From contig CAVOKF010000001.1 in the NCBI GenBank assembly GCA_963696385.1, forward strand, positions 1 through 64,000: DNA of 64,000 nucleotides, read 5' to 3'. Position numbers and translations under genes: made by a program. The stretch is from an uncultured delta proteobacterium (GTDB lineage: Bacteria > Myxococcota_A > Polyangia > Polyangiales > Polyangiaceae). The notes below the pieces were generated by a model. That model worked only from the letters and a program-made list of their open reading frames with translations. It searched no databases and had not been told where the DNA came from. Below are positions 11,577 to 22,553 of the stretch, piece after piece. Position 1 is the stretch's first letter. Every line of letters starts with the position of its first letter.

Positions 11577-12872
11577 ATGAATTGTCGGAAACTTATCCTA
11601 CGGACCGTGCTCTTGGCCTCGGGGTTGGGCAGTGTTGCCTCGGGCTGCAGCAGCGCGAGTCCCGACTCCCCCGGTCACCCTACAAGTACTTCCAGCAACT
11701 CCAGCACGAGCGGTGCCGGTACCGGGTCATCCAGCCGGGCTTCATCGAGTAGCTCGTCGACGGGCGGTTCCAGCCCCGGCTCGTCCGCCAGCTCGTCCAC
11801 GGCGACCACGGGGTCGACGGCGGGTCTCGTGGGGCCGTACACGACGAGCGGGAACATGATCCTCGACAAGAACGGCCACGAGCACTTCTTGCGCGGCTTG
11901 GTTCGACCTTCGCTCGAGTTCTCCTGCGTCGGCAACATCCAGCAACTCGACTACACGGTGATGAATCAGTGGGGCGCGAACGTCGTGCGCCTTCCGCTCA
12001 ACCAGGACTGCTGGCTCAACGACCCATCCAACCCGAGCTACGACCCGACGTACGAAGGCCGGGTCGACGATCAGGTGCAATGGGCGCAGGGCGCCGGCAT
12101 GGACATCATCCTCGATTTGCATGGGTCGGACCAAGGCAGCTACTCGGTCGGCCAGCAGTGCCTGACCGCCAGCAGCAACTGCGCGCAAGACATGGCCGAC
12201 TCCCACTCGGTCACGTTCTGGCAACAGGTCGCGACCAAGTACGCGAACGTCCCGTATGTCCTCTTCGAGCTCTACAATGAGCCGAAAATCGGCAGCTACC
12301 AGCCTGTCGAGAGCGATTGGACCACATGGCTCTCGGGAGGGACTTCGAGCGGATACACGGTCGTTGGAATGCAGACGCTTTACAACACCGTTCGGAACAC
12401 CGCGAAAGCAAACAACCCCGTGATCATCGGCGGTCTCAATTGGGCCTACGACTTGACGGGGGTTCCGACCCACGCTGTCCAGGGGACGAACATCATTTAC
12501 AATACCCACCCCTATCAGGACAAAGGCGACGCCGCGCCCGACGGCTGGAACACTTCCTTCGGTTTCCTTACGGCCACCTACCCGGTCATGGCGACCGAGT
12601 TCGGCAACATGAGCGCGTCGCAAACCCAGTCGTCGCCTCCCGCCGCCACCGATTGCGACAAGACGTTCGATACGAACCTCATCGCGTACATGGGGCTGCA
12701 GTCCAATTCCCCCCCTTCGCACAGGATGTCGTGGACGGCGTGGGCGTTTTATGACGCGCCCAACGAGTGCACATTTCCGTCGCTCATCTACGACTCGAAC
12801 GACGACCCGAATGCGCCTGGTCTGGTGGTGCAGACGGCACTGACCAGTTTCAGCACGACAGGAAGTCCGTGA
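11577..12872 (+). CDS. Glycoside hydrolase family 5 (cellulase-like) lipoprotein
   Basis: Lipobox ASGC, Ser/Thr linker, WGANVVRLPLN, ILDLH, FELYNEP (acid/base), HPY, ATEFG (nucleophile). Confidence 0.9.
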   Translation: MNCRKLILRTVLLASGLGSVASGCSSASPDSPGHPTSTSSNSSTSGAGTGSSSRASSSSSSTGGSSPGSSASSSTATTGSTAGLVGPYTTSGNMILDKNGHEHFLRGLVRPSLEFSCVGNIQQLDYTVMNQWGANVVRLPLNQDCWLNDPSNPSYDPTYEGRVDDQVQWAQGAGMDIILDLHGSDQGSYSVGQQCLTASSNCAQDMADSHSVTFWQQVATKYANVPYVLFELYNEPKIGSYQPVESDWTTWLSGGTSSGYTVVGMQTLYNTVRNTAKANNPVIIGGLNWAYDLTGVPTHAVQGTNIIYNTHPYQDKGDAAPDGWNTSFGFLTATYPVMATEFGNMSASQTQSSPPAATDCDKTFDTNLIAYMGLQSNSPPSHRMSWTAWAFYDAPNECTFPSLIYDSNDDPNAPGLVVQTALTSFSTTGSP

Positions 12873-12998
12873 GGGCTCGGCGGGCGGGTGCGCGCGCCGG
12901 TGCCACCACGTCGCAGGCGATGTAGCCGCGATCGACATCGTGGCTCGACGGTTACCGGATCTGTGACTTTGGCGATCGTCTATATCTGAGCGTTCGCG

Positions 12999-14793
12999 AT
13001 GAGCCTTCTCTCCAAGCTCTTCGCCCCCGCCACGAAGACCACGAAGACGGAGACTGATTCATCGACGACGACGCCGTCGAGCGCCGGCGACGAGGGGCCA
13101 ACGATGAGACGACCACCGAACGACGGCCGTGCCCCCCCCGCGGAACGACCGAGCTCGGTCACGCAGGAAGCGAAGCCTCCCGCTCCCCCGCCCGGGCGTC
13201 CGGACGCGAGTTCGGGAAAGCCCGGTTCGACGCGAGGGGTGCCTCCGGCGCGGCCTCCAGCGTCGCCGCCCGGTCCGCCTCCGGGATCCACCTCCTCCAA
13301 ACCGGCAGTGGCACCCCCGCCGCCGGCGGCTTCGCCCGCTGTGGTCGTGACGCGCGTGATTGACGTAGGCGGCAATCCGGCGCAACGCTCGCGTCCGCCC
13401 ATGCCTCCGATCGTCATCGGCCCCCCTCCGGTCCCGTCGCCGGCCGGATCGAAGCCTCAACCGGCACCGTCTTCGGCGGAACCGCCCAAAGGCTTCCCCG
13501 CGGATCCGCGGCCCCAAGAATCCGCGGCCCCAAGAAGCGGCCCGGCCGGCCGCTTTGGAGCCGCAGCGGGTCCCGACCGCCGGACTGCCGGGGGCGGCAG
13601 CGGGGGCGTTGGAGACTGCGCGGGCGGCGGTCGCCCCTGGGCCCGCGCGGGCGCCGGTGGCGGAGCCGGCTCGGAGTTCGACGGCGGACTCTCCGCGCGT
13701 CGCCCCTGCCGATCCCGCGCCCAAGCCCTTGCCGGAACCGGCGGGCGGCGCCTCCACGGCGTCGGCCGTTACGCCCCCGTCGACCCGCGACGATCCACCC
13801 GAGTCGTCGTCCAAACCCAACGGCGCGCGCGAGTCCATCGCGGACACGTTCGAGCGTCTGCTCAGCACCGAGGACGTCGAGGCTCGCTTGGACTTGCTCG
13901 AGCAATCTTCGGCTTCCGCCCCGGTGCCCGGGATGGCCCCGACCGATCTGTCGGAGGTGCGATCGCTCTTCGCGGAGCTCGCCGCCAACCACGTCCGCCC
14001 TGTGCGAGATTTCATGATGGACGTGCGGTGGGGCGATGCCACGGTCGACTGGGTCGCGATCTGCGAGCCGGCGTTGCGGTCGCTTGCCCGCGCGGCCGAC
14101 ACGCTCGACCTCGGCGAAGTTCGACTGGCCCTCGATCGCTTCAGCGACGCGCTCGGCTCGGTTCAGTCCGACCCGGCGCGGACCGTGTCCGGCGAGCGGC
14201 GCGAACGACTGCTCGCCCGCTACGAGAACCTCAGTCGCGTGATGCCGCAGGCGTTCGCGCTCGAACTCGACCGGACGCAGCGCGAATCGGTCATTTTGCA
14301 GTCGCTCTTGCTCCAGGTCCCCGGCGTCAAGAAGATCACCATCGACAAGATGGTCGCGGCGGGGCTGTCGACGCTCGAAGCGATGTTTCTGGCGACGCCG
14401 GCGGACATCGTCGCCACGACGGGCATGGATGCATCGCTCGCGCAGCGAATCGTCGATCGGTTTCGTGCGCACAGAGACCAAGTCCAGGCCACGGTTCCGG
14501 ACGCGACACGCGGGCGCGAACGCGATCGGATCGCCGAGCTGACGGCGCGGCTGCGGCGCGAACACGACGAGTACGAGCGTCTGGCGCAGGCGTGGTCCTC
14601 CGACGCGTCCGACCGAAAGCGCCAGATCCGCAAGGCGCGCGCCCAGACGCTGCTCGACATCCAGGTGGGGCTCGCGCGTCTGGGCGAAGTCGATCGGCTC
14701 GCGCGCATCGAGCGCCTGCCGTTCGAAGCCAAGCTCGACGATCTCGAGTCGTTTCTCGAAGAAGCGTCCGACAAATACGCCGTGCAGCCATGA
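12999..14793 (+). CDS. Pro-rich protein with helical/helix-hairpin-helix C-terminal domain, interrupted by a 16-bp duplication
   Basis: N-terminus in ORF 12999, C-terminus in ORF 13555-14793 (LLQVPGV..ITIDKM..AG HhH-like); removing one atccgcggccccaaga copy fuses the frames. Confidence 0.7.
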
Positions 14794-14830
14794 GGCGAAC
14801 ACGACAGCGCAACGCAACGTGGAGTGAGCC

Positions 14831-16033
14831 ATGCCCGAACTGACCGCCGACGTCGTTCTCAAGAAACTCAAGATTGGCGAGAAGGTCGAGCGCGCCGATC
14901 TGCGTGGCCTCGTCTTGTCGCGGGCCTTGCTCGAAGGCGCCAGTTTCCGCCGTTGCGACCTCGATGGCGCGAACCTCGAAGGGGCCCGGCTCGCCCGGGC
15001 GCTCTTCAAGAACGCGAGCTTGCGCGAGGCCTTCCTGGCCGGCGCCGATCTGCGCGAAGCGAATCTCGAGAGCGCCGATCTCGAAGGGGCCAACCTGCAA
15101 GGCGCGAAGCTCAACGGAGCGAACTTGAGCCGCGCGAACCTCGAGGGAGCGAACCTTCAGGGAGCGGACCTGTCGGGCGCCCGACTGACGCACGCCCAGC
15201 TCGAGTCGGCGATGCTCGGCGGTGCTCGCCTGGTGGGCGCGCAGCTGGCGCACGCCGGGTTGAGCGAGACCGACATGACGACGGCGAAGCTCGACGACGC
15301 CGACCTCACGAGCGCCGACCTGTCGGGCGCCACCCTCGAGGAGGCGAGTCTCGCCCGCGCGCAGCTTCGCGAGGCGCAGCTCGACGGGGCGATTCTCACC
15401 CGAGCCGACCTGACGGGTGCGGACTTGCGGCGGGCAAAGCTCGAGGGTGCGCGCCTCGACGGGGCGATCCTGACCGGAGCGCACGTCCATGGCTTGGTGG
15501 GCACGGGCGAGCCGGTCTCCGGCGTTCGCGCCGACTACCTCGACGACAGCGTCGACGCATCCGGCACGGGCAAAGTCACGGGCGACGCCATCTTCGCTCT
15601 GCTCTCCGGCCGTGTGGTCGTGTCGTCGGTGGGCCCCGCCAACAAGCGTTTCTTCGGGCGAGGCGACATCTTGCGCAACGCGCACCTCGAGTTCGACGCA
15701 GGGGCTTCGGTCGAGATTGAGAGCTTGTTCGAGCACTGCACCATCGCGCTCGGCGAGGCGACCGAGCTCGTCGTCGGCAAAGGCGGCGTCCTTTCCGGCT
15801 GCCAGATCATGGGGCCGGGCCGCGTCACGATTCACGGCAAGTTCGTCGAGCAGGAGAGTCCGGGCATCGCGGGGGCGACGCAGCTGGTCGTCACCGCCGG
15901 GGGCTCGCTGGTGGGCGCGGTGGAACAACCGGCCGGCTTGACCCGGTTTGGCTTCGAGCCCGGCTGCGTGCTCCGCGTTAAAATTCAGCCATTCAAGACG
16001 GAAAGACACACGAACAGCGGGAGGCCGCGATGA
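14831..16033 (+). CDS. Pentapeptide-repeat protein with C-terminal bactofilin-like beta-helix
   Basis: Long A(D/N)LxG repeat tract, then VEIESLFEHCTI..GEATELVVGKGGVL..VTIHGKF..LVVTAGGSLVGAV. Confidence 0.85.
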   Translation: MPELTADVVLKKLKIGEKVERADLRGLVLSRALLEGASFRRCDLDGANLEGARLARALFKNASLREAFLAGADLREANLESADLEGANLQGAKLNGANLSRANLEGANLQGADLSGARLTHAQLESAMLGGARLVGAQLAHAGLSETDMTTAKLDDADLTSADLSGATLEEASLARAQLREAQLDGAILTRADLTGADLRRAKLEGARLDGAILTGAHVHGLVGTGEPVSGVRADYLDDSVDASGTGKVTGDAIFALLSGRVVVSSVGPANKRFFGRGDILRNAHLEFDAGASVEIESLFEHCTIALGEATELVVGKGGVLSGCQIMGPGRVTIHGKFVEQESPGIAGATQLVVTAGGSLVGAVEQPAGLTRFGFEPGCVLRVKIQPFKTERHTNSGRPR

Positions 16034-16476
16034 CGGATCCGACAAGCGATCGGAAGACCACGGTGGAAGAAGGGACTCAGTTCAAAGGGTCGCTGTCCTC
16101 GAAATGTCCGGTCGAAGTGAAAGGGCGTATCGAAGGCGATCTGACGGCACCCTCTCTCTTCGTGAGCTCCACGGGGGCGGTGCACGGGCGCGTGAAGGTG
16201 GGCGAAATTCGATCGCAAGGCGAGATCGCGGGCGAGTTCGACGCCAACATCGTGCAGCTCTCCGGGACCGTGAAAGACAACACGATTGTCCGAGCCAAGT
16301 CGCTCGAAGTGAAGTTGTCGTCGCAGGACGGCAAGATGCAGCTCGTCTTCGGTGAATGCAGCCTCGAAATAGGCGCCAATCCGACGCAGCCCGAGGCTGC
16401 AGCGCGTCCGCCCGAGCCGCCGCCGCCGCCCAAAGCGACGAGCGTGCGACCGCCGGCCGGCCCGAACGGCGCGTAG
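16030..16476 (+). CDS. Bactofilin (polymer-forming cytoskeletal protein)
   Basis: TTVEEGTQFKGSL..VEVKGRIEGDL..VSSTGAVHGRV; Pro-rich tail; ATGA overlap with upstream gene. Confidence 0.9.
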   Translation: MTDPTSDRKTTVEEGTQFKGSLSSKCPVEVKGRIEGDLTAPSLFVSSTGAVHGRVKVGEIRSQGEIAGEFDANIVQLSGTVKDNTIVRAKSLEVKLSSQDGKMQLVFGECSLEIGANPTQPEAAARPPEPPPPPKATSVRPPAGPNGA

Positions 16477-16631
16477 TCGCGGTCGGGTGGTCGGGGGCGC
16501 AGCCAGTCTCGCAAGATATTTCCGTGGCGTCGGTGTGGCGGCGCCGCGAGTTTTGCGTTTCGTCGGCGCGATGAAACCGAAATGACATGCGCGGTCGTGC
16601 ATTGTGCGATCCCACTTGGGGCGGAGGTTGG

Positions 16632-19088
16632 GTGGAGACGATCGAGGGCAGAGGACTCGTGCCTGGGACGCTGGTCGCGGGCGCCTATCGCATCGTGCGG
16701 CCGCTCGCCGAGGGCGGGATGGGCGTGGTCTACGAGGTCGAGCAAGTCGCCACGGCCGCCCGCCGCGCGCTCAAGGTGATGCACGGACGATTCGCTGCGG
16801 ACGCGACGCTCCGGGCGCGGTTCGTGCGCGAGGCGCGCCTGGCGGCGTCGATATCGAGCGACCATGTCGCCCAGGTATTGGACGCCGGTCAGGACGAGGC
16901 GAGCGGTGCACTTTTCATCGTGATGGAGCTGCTCGACGGCGTGACGCTGGGTCGCGAAATCCGTGAGAGCGGAGCGTTCGGGTGGACTTCGGCGCTCATG
17001 ATTCTGGGCCAGATCGCCCACGCGCTGGGGGCGGCGCATGCGCGCGGCATCGTCCATCGCGACCTCAAGCCCGGCAACGTGGTCCTCACCCGCTCGCGCC
17101 ACGCGGCGCTGCCGCTGACCGTCAAGCTGCTCGACTTCGGGATCGCCAAGGCGCTGGCCGACGTTTCGGTCGAAGCTACCGGGGTCGTGGTCGGTACCCC
17201 CGCGTGGATGGCTCCGGAGCAGACGATGGCCGGGGCGCCGATCGGCCCCCAGGCGGACGTGTGGTCCTTCGGGCTTCTCACGTTCATGGTTTTGACCGGG
17301 CACCACTACTTTCGGAGCGGCAACGCCAAGCTCGCGGCGACCGTGGCGGTGCTTCGCGAGGTCGTTCTGGATCCGCTCGTGCCGCCCTCGGACCGCGCTC
17401 GAGAGCTTGGCCTGGCCGATCGCTTGCCTGCCGGCTTTGACGGATGGTTCGAGCGGTGCGTCGACCGGTTGCCGGAACGCCGGTATGCCGGCGCGCTCGC
17501 CGCGTACGATGCGCTCGCGCTGTTGCCGGCGCCCGTGCCGTCGGAGCCCATCGCCGCTTGGCAAGACCGTCCGGCACCGCGGGCCATGACGGTCGACGTG
17601 GCCACGGCCGTCGAGGTCCCGTCCCCGTCGCGTCCGCTGGCTCCGTCGGTGCCGACGCATGCGGCGTCGACGCTCAGCGCGCCCCGTCCGTCCGGCGCGC
17701 CCCGGCGTCGAGCGGCCGGTCTTCTGGGCACGATCGCGGTTGCGATGGGGGTCGTCGTCCTGTCGGTCGGGTGGCGCTTGCGGTCGGTCGAGCTGCCGAC
17801 CGTATCGCTGTCGATGCCGTGGACGTTCGACGGGGCCGGTTCTGTCTTGCGGATCCACGGATCGAACACGATCGGCAGCGAGCTCGCGCCAGCGTTGGCC
17901 GAGGCCTTTCTGCAGCGCAAGACGGGCGCCTCCGCGATCGTGCGAAGGCGAACCGCGCCCGACGAGATCGTCGTCGAGGCTCGAAACGGCGATCGCACGA
18001 TCGATGCGGTCGAGATTTCCGCGCATGGAACGGCCACGGCGTTTGCGGACCTCGCCTCGGGCCGGTGCGACATCGGAATGGCGTCGCGCCGCATTCGGCC
18101 CGACGAAGTCGCGGCGCTCGCGCGATGGGGCGACATGACGGCGGCCGCCAGCGAGCACGTCATCGCGCTCGATGGAATCGCGGTGATCGTCAACCCCAAA
18201 AACGTCGTTTCGGCGCTGACCAAGCGGCAGATCGGCGACATTTTCACGGGCGAAATCCGGACTTGGTCCGACGTGGGCGGGAGCGCCGCGCCGATTGCCG
18301 TGCACGCGCGCGACGGCAAGTCCGGCACGTTCGACACCTTCAAGCAGCTGGTCGTCGGCGCGGGCGCTTTGACCGAACGCGCGGTCCGGCACGAATCGAG
18401 CGAGGAGCTGTCGGATGCGGTCGCCGCCGACGAGTGGGCCATCGGTTTCATTGGGCTTCCGTACGTCCGGAGCGCGAAAGCGGTCATGGTGAAAGACGGA
18501 CCTTTGCCGCCCCTCGTCCCGTCGCGCCTGACCGTGTCGACCGAGAGCTATCCGCTGGCCCGGCGGCTCTACCTCTACGTTCCGCTCGCCGCGTCCACGG
18601 TCGCACACGACTTCGTCGACTTTGCTCAATCGGCGGAAGGCCAGCGGATCGCGCAGGCGACCGGGTTCGTCGACCTGCGTCCGACGTGCGACCCGACTCC
18701 GCCCGAGTGCACGTCGTGCCCGCGCGAATATCGCGACTCGGTTCGCGGCGCGTGCCGCGTGTCGTTGGATTTCCGGTTCGATCACGACCACGACCGGCTC
18801 GACGCGCGAGCCCTCGCCGACGTGCAGCGTGTCGTGGCGATGATGGATCACCCCGACCTGGCTGGGCGGTCCGTTCTGCTCTTGGGTTTCGCCGACGCGC
18901 TCCCCGCTCGCACCGACGCGTCCGCGGTGGCGCAAGAGCGTGCCGAGGCGGTCGCTTCTCAGCTGCGCGCGCGCGGGCTTCGCGTGGGCGTCGTGCGCGG
19001 CTTCGGCGCGACGCTCCGTTCTGCCGGCGATCGCAGTCCAAGGGCGGATTCCGATGCGACCGAGCGCGTCGAAGTGTGGATGCAGTGA
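16632..19088 (+). CDS. Ser/Thr kinase fused to PstS-like phosphate-binding domain and OmpA-like domain
   Basis: GGMGVVY, ALK, HRDLKPGN, DFG, APE; TM segment; LRIHGSNTIG, DIGMASR, DGIAVIVN, SGTFDTF, YPLARRLYLY; LDFRF..LLGFAD..RAEAV..RVEVW. Start uncertain (16587 or GTG 16632). Confidence 0.85.
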   Translation: METIEGRGLVPGTLVAGAYRIVRPLAEGGMGVVYEVEQVATAARRALKVMHGRFAADATLRARFVREARLAASISSDHVAQVLDAGQDEASGALFIVMELLDGVTLGREIRESGAFGWTSALMILGQIAHALGAAHARGIVHRDLKPGNVVLTRSRHAALPLTVKLLDFGIAKALADVSVEATGVVVGTPAWMAPEQTMAGAPIGPQADVWSFGLLTFMVLTGHHYFRSGNAKLAATVAVLREVVLDPLVPPSDRARELGLADRLPAGFDGWFERCVDRLPERRYAGALAAYDALALLPAPVPSEPIAAWQDRPAPRAMTVDVATAVEVPSPSRPLAPSVPTHAASTLSAPRPSGAPRRRAAGLLGTIAVAMGVVVLSVGWRLRSVELPTVSLSMPWTFDGAGSVLRIHGSNTIGSELAPALAEAFLQRKTGASAIVRRRTAPDEIVVEARNGDRTIDAVEISAHGTATAFADLASGRCDIGMASRRIRPDEVAALARWGDMTAAASEHVIALDGIAVIVNPKNVVSALTKRQIGDIFTGEIRTWSDVGGSAAPIAVHARDGKSGTFDTFKQLVVGAGALTERAVRHESSEELSDAVAADEWAIGFIGLPYVRSAKAVMVKDGPLPPLVPSRLTVSTESYPLARRLYLYVPLAASTVAHDFVDFAQSAEGQRIAQATGFVDLRPTCDPTPPECTSCPREYRDSVRGACRVSLDFRFDHDHDRLDARALADVQRVVAMMDHPDLAGRSVLLLGFADALPARTDASAVAQERAEAVASQLRARGLRVGVVRGFGATLRSAGDRSPRADSDATERVEVWMQ

Positions 19089-19089
19089 C

Positions 19090-20502
19090 TTACGCGGGCT
19101 CACCCTCGAAGCCGGCGACCGCCACGGCGCGGGCTTGCGCGACGAGCGCGGGGACCGCGGGGGGTCGAACGCTCGCGAGCGGCGCGGACTCAATCCAGCG
19201 TTCGAGATCGCCGAGAGCGCGCGCCGCCAAAGCCTCGTAGCGGTCGCGCTTCTTCACGCGCCGGTCGGGCAAGGGGGGCACCCACGCCCACGTCACGTTC
19301 GAGGGCTGGTACGGGTCGGCCGCCCGCGCGAGATGCGACAGAAGGCCGCCGAGCGCGGTCGTGGGCGGCGGCGGCGTCACGACGTGGCCCCGGAGCGACT
19401 GAGCGAGCATCACGGCGCACACGAAGCCCGACGCGCAACTCTCGACGTATCCCTCGACGCCGGTGATTTGCCCGGCCAAAAATACGCCGGGCCGGGTCCG
19501 GATCTGCATGCGTCGGTCGAGCATGCGCGGAGCGTGGACGAAGGTGTTGCGATGGACGCTGCCGTAGCGCAGAAATTCGGCCGATTCGAGGCCCGGGATC
19601 CCCCGTAGCACCCGAGCCTGCTCGGGCCAGGTCATCCGCGTCTGAAAGCCCACCAAGTTGTACGCGGTCGCCGCGACGTCTTCGGGGCGCAGCTGGACGA
19701 CGGCGAACGGGCGGTGACCGGTGCGAGGGTCGGTCAATCCCACGGGCTTCATGGGCCCGAACGCCAGGGTCATTTCGCCGCGCGATGCCATGACTTCGAT
19801 CGGCAGGCACCCCTCGAAGTACCGGACGTCCTCGAAGCTGCGCGGTTCGACTTTCTGGGCGGTCCCGAGTTCGCGTGCGAACGCGCGGTACTGCGCCTCG
19901 TCCATCGGACAGTTGACGTACGCCTCGTCGGCCCCAGGCTCGACTCCCTTGCCGTACCGCGACTGTTTGAAGACGCGCGTCCAGTCGATCGACTCGGCGC
20001 TCACGATGGGAGCAATCGCGTCGTAATACGCCAGATGCTCGCTGCCGATAGCGCGCGCGAGATCCGCGGCCAGATCGTCGCCGGTGAGCGGTCCGGTCGC
20101 GAGGACCACCGGCGATTCGGTCGGGTCGGGGATCGCATGCACCACCCGCCGATCGATCGCGATGCGTCGATGGGCTTGCAGCCGGCCGGTGATCGTGGCC
20201 GAAAACGCGTCGCGATCGACCGCCAGAGCGCCCCCGGCCGGGACCCGGGTGATGTCGGCGCACGCCAGAACGAGCGATCCGGCGCGCCTGAGCTCCTCTT
20301 TGAGCAGTCCGACCGCGTTCGACAGCGAGGCGCCTCGCAACGAATTGGAGCACACGAGCTCGCAAAACGCGTCGGTCGACTGCGCGGCCGTCCGCGCGTG
20401 CGGCTTCTGCTCGACGAGCCGCACATCGATCCCGCGCTCGGCGAGCTGCCAGGCCGCCTCGCAGCCGGCGAGGCCGGCGCCGACGAGGGTGACCGCGGGC
20501 AT
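19090..20502 (-). CDS. trmFO: FADH2-oxidizing methylenetetrahydrofolate-tRNA-(uracil-54) methyltransferase
   Basis: [65 protein letters not shown]. Confidence 0.97.
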   Translation of the reverse strand: MPAVTLVGAGLAGCEAAWQLAERGIDVRLVEQKPHARTAAQSTDAFCELVCSNSLRGASLSNAVGLLKEELRRAGSLVLACADITRVPAGGALAVDRDAFSATITGRLQAHRRIAIDRRVVHAIPDPTESPVVLATGPLTGDDLAADLARAIGSEHLAYYDAIAPIVSAESIDWTRVFKQSRYGKGVEPGADEAYVNCPMDEAQYRAFARELGTAQKVEPRSFEDVRYFEGCLPIEVMASRGEMTLAFGPMKPVGLTDPRTGHRPFAVVQLRPEDVAATAYNLVGFQTRMTWPEQARVLRGIPGLESAEFLRYGSVHRNTFVHAPRMLDRRMQIRTRPGVFLAGQITGVEGYVESCASGFVCAVMLAQSLRGHVVTPPPPTTALGGLLSHLARAADPYQPSNVTWAWVPPLPDRRVKKRDRYEALAARALGDLERWIESAPLASVRPPAVPALVAQARAVAVAGFEGEPA

Positions 20503-20615
20503 ACGAGCCGCCTAGCATGGGGCCGCGACAGGGGCATCGGCTCGGGCGGGCGCTCGATCGGCGCGTCGAGCGTTTCCTGGCCGCGCACACGCGCCGGCCA
20601 TTCGCGCGATCGCCT

Positions 20616-21578
20616 TCAGACGTCGCCGAGGCCGGGGCCGGCGGGGCCGGGCGGTGCGCCGCCGGAGGCCGTCAGCGTCTGCTCCCGAAGCTGCTTGAGC
20701 GAAGCGTGCGGCGCGAATCCGTGCGGCATGGCCGCGATGGCCGCGTCCGCGTCCGCGACTCGCCCTTCGAGGAGAAAGCCGAACGCCAACAGTTGAAGCG
20801 CTTCGGCGCGAAGCGGCGTAGTCTTGGCCCCGAGAGCCACCGGCCGCGCGATCTCGACGATGCGCGTCGCGTTCTTGGCTTCCAGCGCGGCATAGGCCCG
20901 TTCGAGGCCGGCGCGCATCGGTGCGTCGTGCTCGTTGTCGGCGAGATCCTTGAGACCGCGCCAGTTGGTGGCGACAAACGACGTCGCGATCAGGGTCGTC
21001 CACCACGATTGCATGACGAGGGCGAGGCCCACCGCCCCGAGGGCGCACGCGATCGACACGATCCGGGCAGGCCGTTCGCCGCGGCCTGCCGTCAGCGCAT
21101 TGAGCACCTGGGTCAAGACGTTGCCTCCGTCGAGCGGAAGCATCGGAAGCAGATTCAGAATCCCCCATCCGATGTTGATCCAGGTCAAGGTCCCGAAGAC
21201 GAACGCGCCGAACGGTCCCGGAAAGACTCCGTCGACCGACCGGTGGAGCAGCACCACGAACCCGCCCAGCGCGAATCCGGCCGCCGGTCCCGCAAGGCTG
21301 ATCGCGATGCGCTGCGCCGCGGTAAGCGCGCGCGATTTGGCCCACGATGTCGTGCCCCCCATGCCGTGAAGCTGGATGCGCGGTTCGAGTCCGAACGCGA
21401 TACCCATCCCGGCGTGACCGAGCTCGTGCAGGAGCACGGAACCGAGCATGATGGCGATCCACGCGCCCATCCGGGCCGGGTTGAAGTGATCGAGGTCGGG
21501 GCCGAGCAAAACCGCGACGACGAAGAACCAGGGGAGAACGTCAACGGGAATCTTGCCGATCCGGAAATGGAGCACCAT
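20616..21578 (-). CDS. Site-2 protease family (M50) membrane protein
   Basis: SVLLHELGHA, ISLAGPAAG, NLLPMLPLDGG. Confidence 0.9.
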   Translation of the reverse strand: MVLHFRIGKIPVDVLPWFFVVAVLLGPDLDHFNPARMGAWIAIMLGSVLLHELGHAGMGIAFGLEPRIQLHGMGGTTSWAKSRALTAAQRIAISLAGPAAGFALGGFVVLLHRSVDGVFPGPFGAFVFGTLTWINIGWGILNLLPMLPLDGGNVLTQVLNALTAGRGERPARIVSIACALGAVGLALVMQSWWTTLIATSFVATNWRGLKDLADNEHDAPMRAGLERAYAALEAKNATRIVEIARPVALGAKTTPLRAEALQLLAFGFLLEGRVADADAAIAAMPHGFAPHASLKQLREQTLTASGGAPPGPAGPGLGDV

Positions 21579-21685
21579 GAGGTCGGCACCGCTTGCGAGC
21601 GTCTTCGGAGCGTATAGCGTGTCATGACCGGCTCCGGCGCGCGAGGCGTCCCGTGGCCAATCGTGGTAGCTTGCAGGGTCAACCC

Positions 21686-22453
21686 GTGACCCACGATCAC
21701 GATCTCGAACGGTTCCTGGCATTCGTTCGCCGCGAGCTCGGGGCACGAGAAGCGGTCGTGCTCGACGAGGCACCGCGGGAGCCCGCCGCCCTGGTTCGCG
21801 ATCTTTGTTGCGAGCTGCCCGACGGCCGCTTCGTCGTCGCGCGCTTCGACGTCAACGTGCCCGAGCCCGCCGCCAAGCAGCGGCGCCTCGAGATGCTCGC
21901 GAGCACGTTCGGCGACTTGGCCGAAGAAGGCAAGCCGGGTCGTACGTCTCGGCCGCCGGCTGCTCGTTCGCTGCAGGAGGAGCTGAAATCCGTGACCGTT
22001 CGCGCCGGCGCGGTCAACGCACTGGTCATCGACGCCAATTCGCCGGTCCTGTGGGGCGCGGCGCGCCCCGACGGGCTCGGGTCCGAATGGCCGGTGGCCG
22101 GCGGCGAGGGCGAGCTGCCCGATGCCGCGCCCGATGTGGCGCAGGTCGCGCTCGTGTCGCGCGCCGCGCTCAAGAGGGTGCTTGCCGTCGCCGATCTCGC
22201 CGGGTTGAGAAAGGGCAGACACGTTCGGCACGTCGAAAGAGACGGGCCGGAAGCCTTCGCGGCGCATTCGTTCGCGGGCATCTACCTGCTCATCCTGGCC
22301 TTCGAGGCGCCGTTCGACGAGCTGCGCGCCGAGCGAGCCATCGTCGAGTCGCTGCCGCGCATCGAGCAGCTCGTTCTCGCGCTGCCGCCGCTCGACCCTT
22401 CCCCGGTCGCCGGCGCGGCGGTCATCGCCATGCGGCACCGGCGTTCCCGTTAG
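21686..22453 (+). CDS. Hypothetical protein (possible profilin/roadblock-like fold)
   Basis: Clean ORF with high-GC3 codons; GAVNALVIDANSPVLWG and FAGIYLLILAF segments. Confidence 0.65.
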   Translation: MTHDHDLERFLAFVRRELGAREAVVLDEAPREPAALVRDLCCELPDGRFVVARFDVNVPEPAAKQRRLEMLASTFGDLAEEGKPGRTSRPPAARSLQEELKSVTVRAGAVNALVIDANSPVLWGAARPDGLGSEWPVAGGEGELPDAAPDVAQVALVSRAALKRVLAVADLAGLRKGRHVRHVERDGPEAFAAHSFAGIYLLILAFEAPFDELRAERAIVESLPRIEQLVLALPPLDPSPVAGAAVIAMRHRRSR

Positions 22454-22454
22454 C

Positions 22455-22552
22455 GTCGAGGTCGCGGTTAGGTCGCGTCGCGGTCGGGGTCGAGGTCGTC
22501 GAGGTCGCGGTAGTCGAGGTCGCGGTTAGGTCGCGTCGCGGTCGCGGTCGCC
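22455..22552. repeat. Low-complexity (GGTCGN)n-type intergenic repeat
   Basis: gtcgaggtcgcggttaggtcgcgtcgcggtcg present twice plus hexamer units; similar tract at 38772-38817. Confidence 0.7.
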
Positions 22553-22553
22553 T

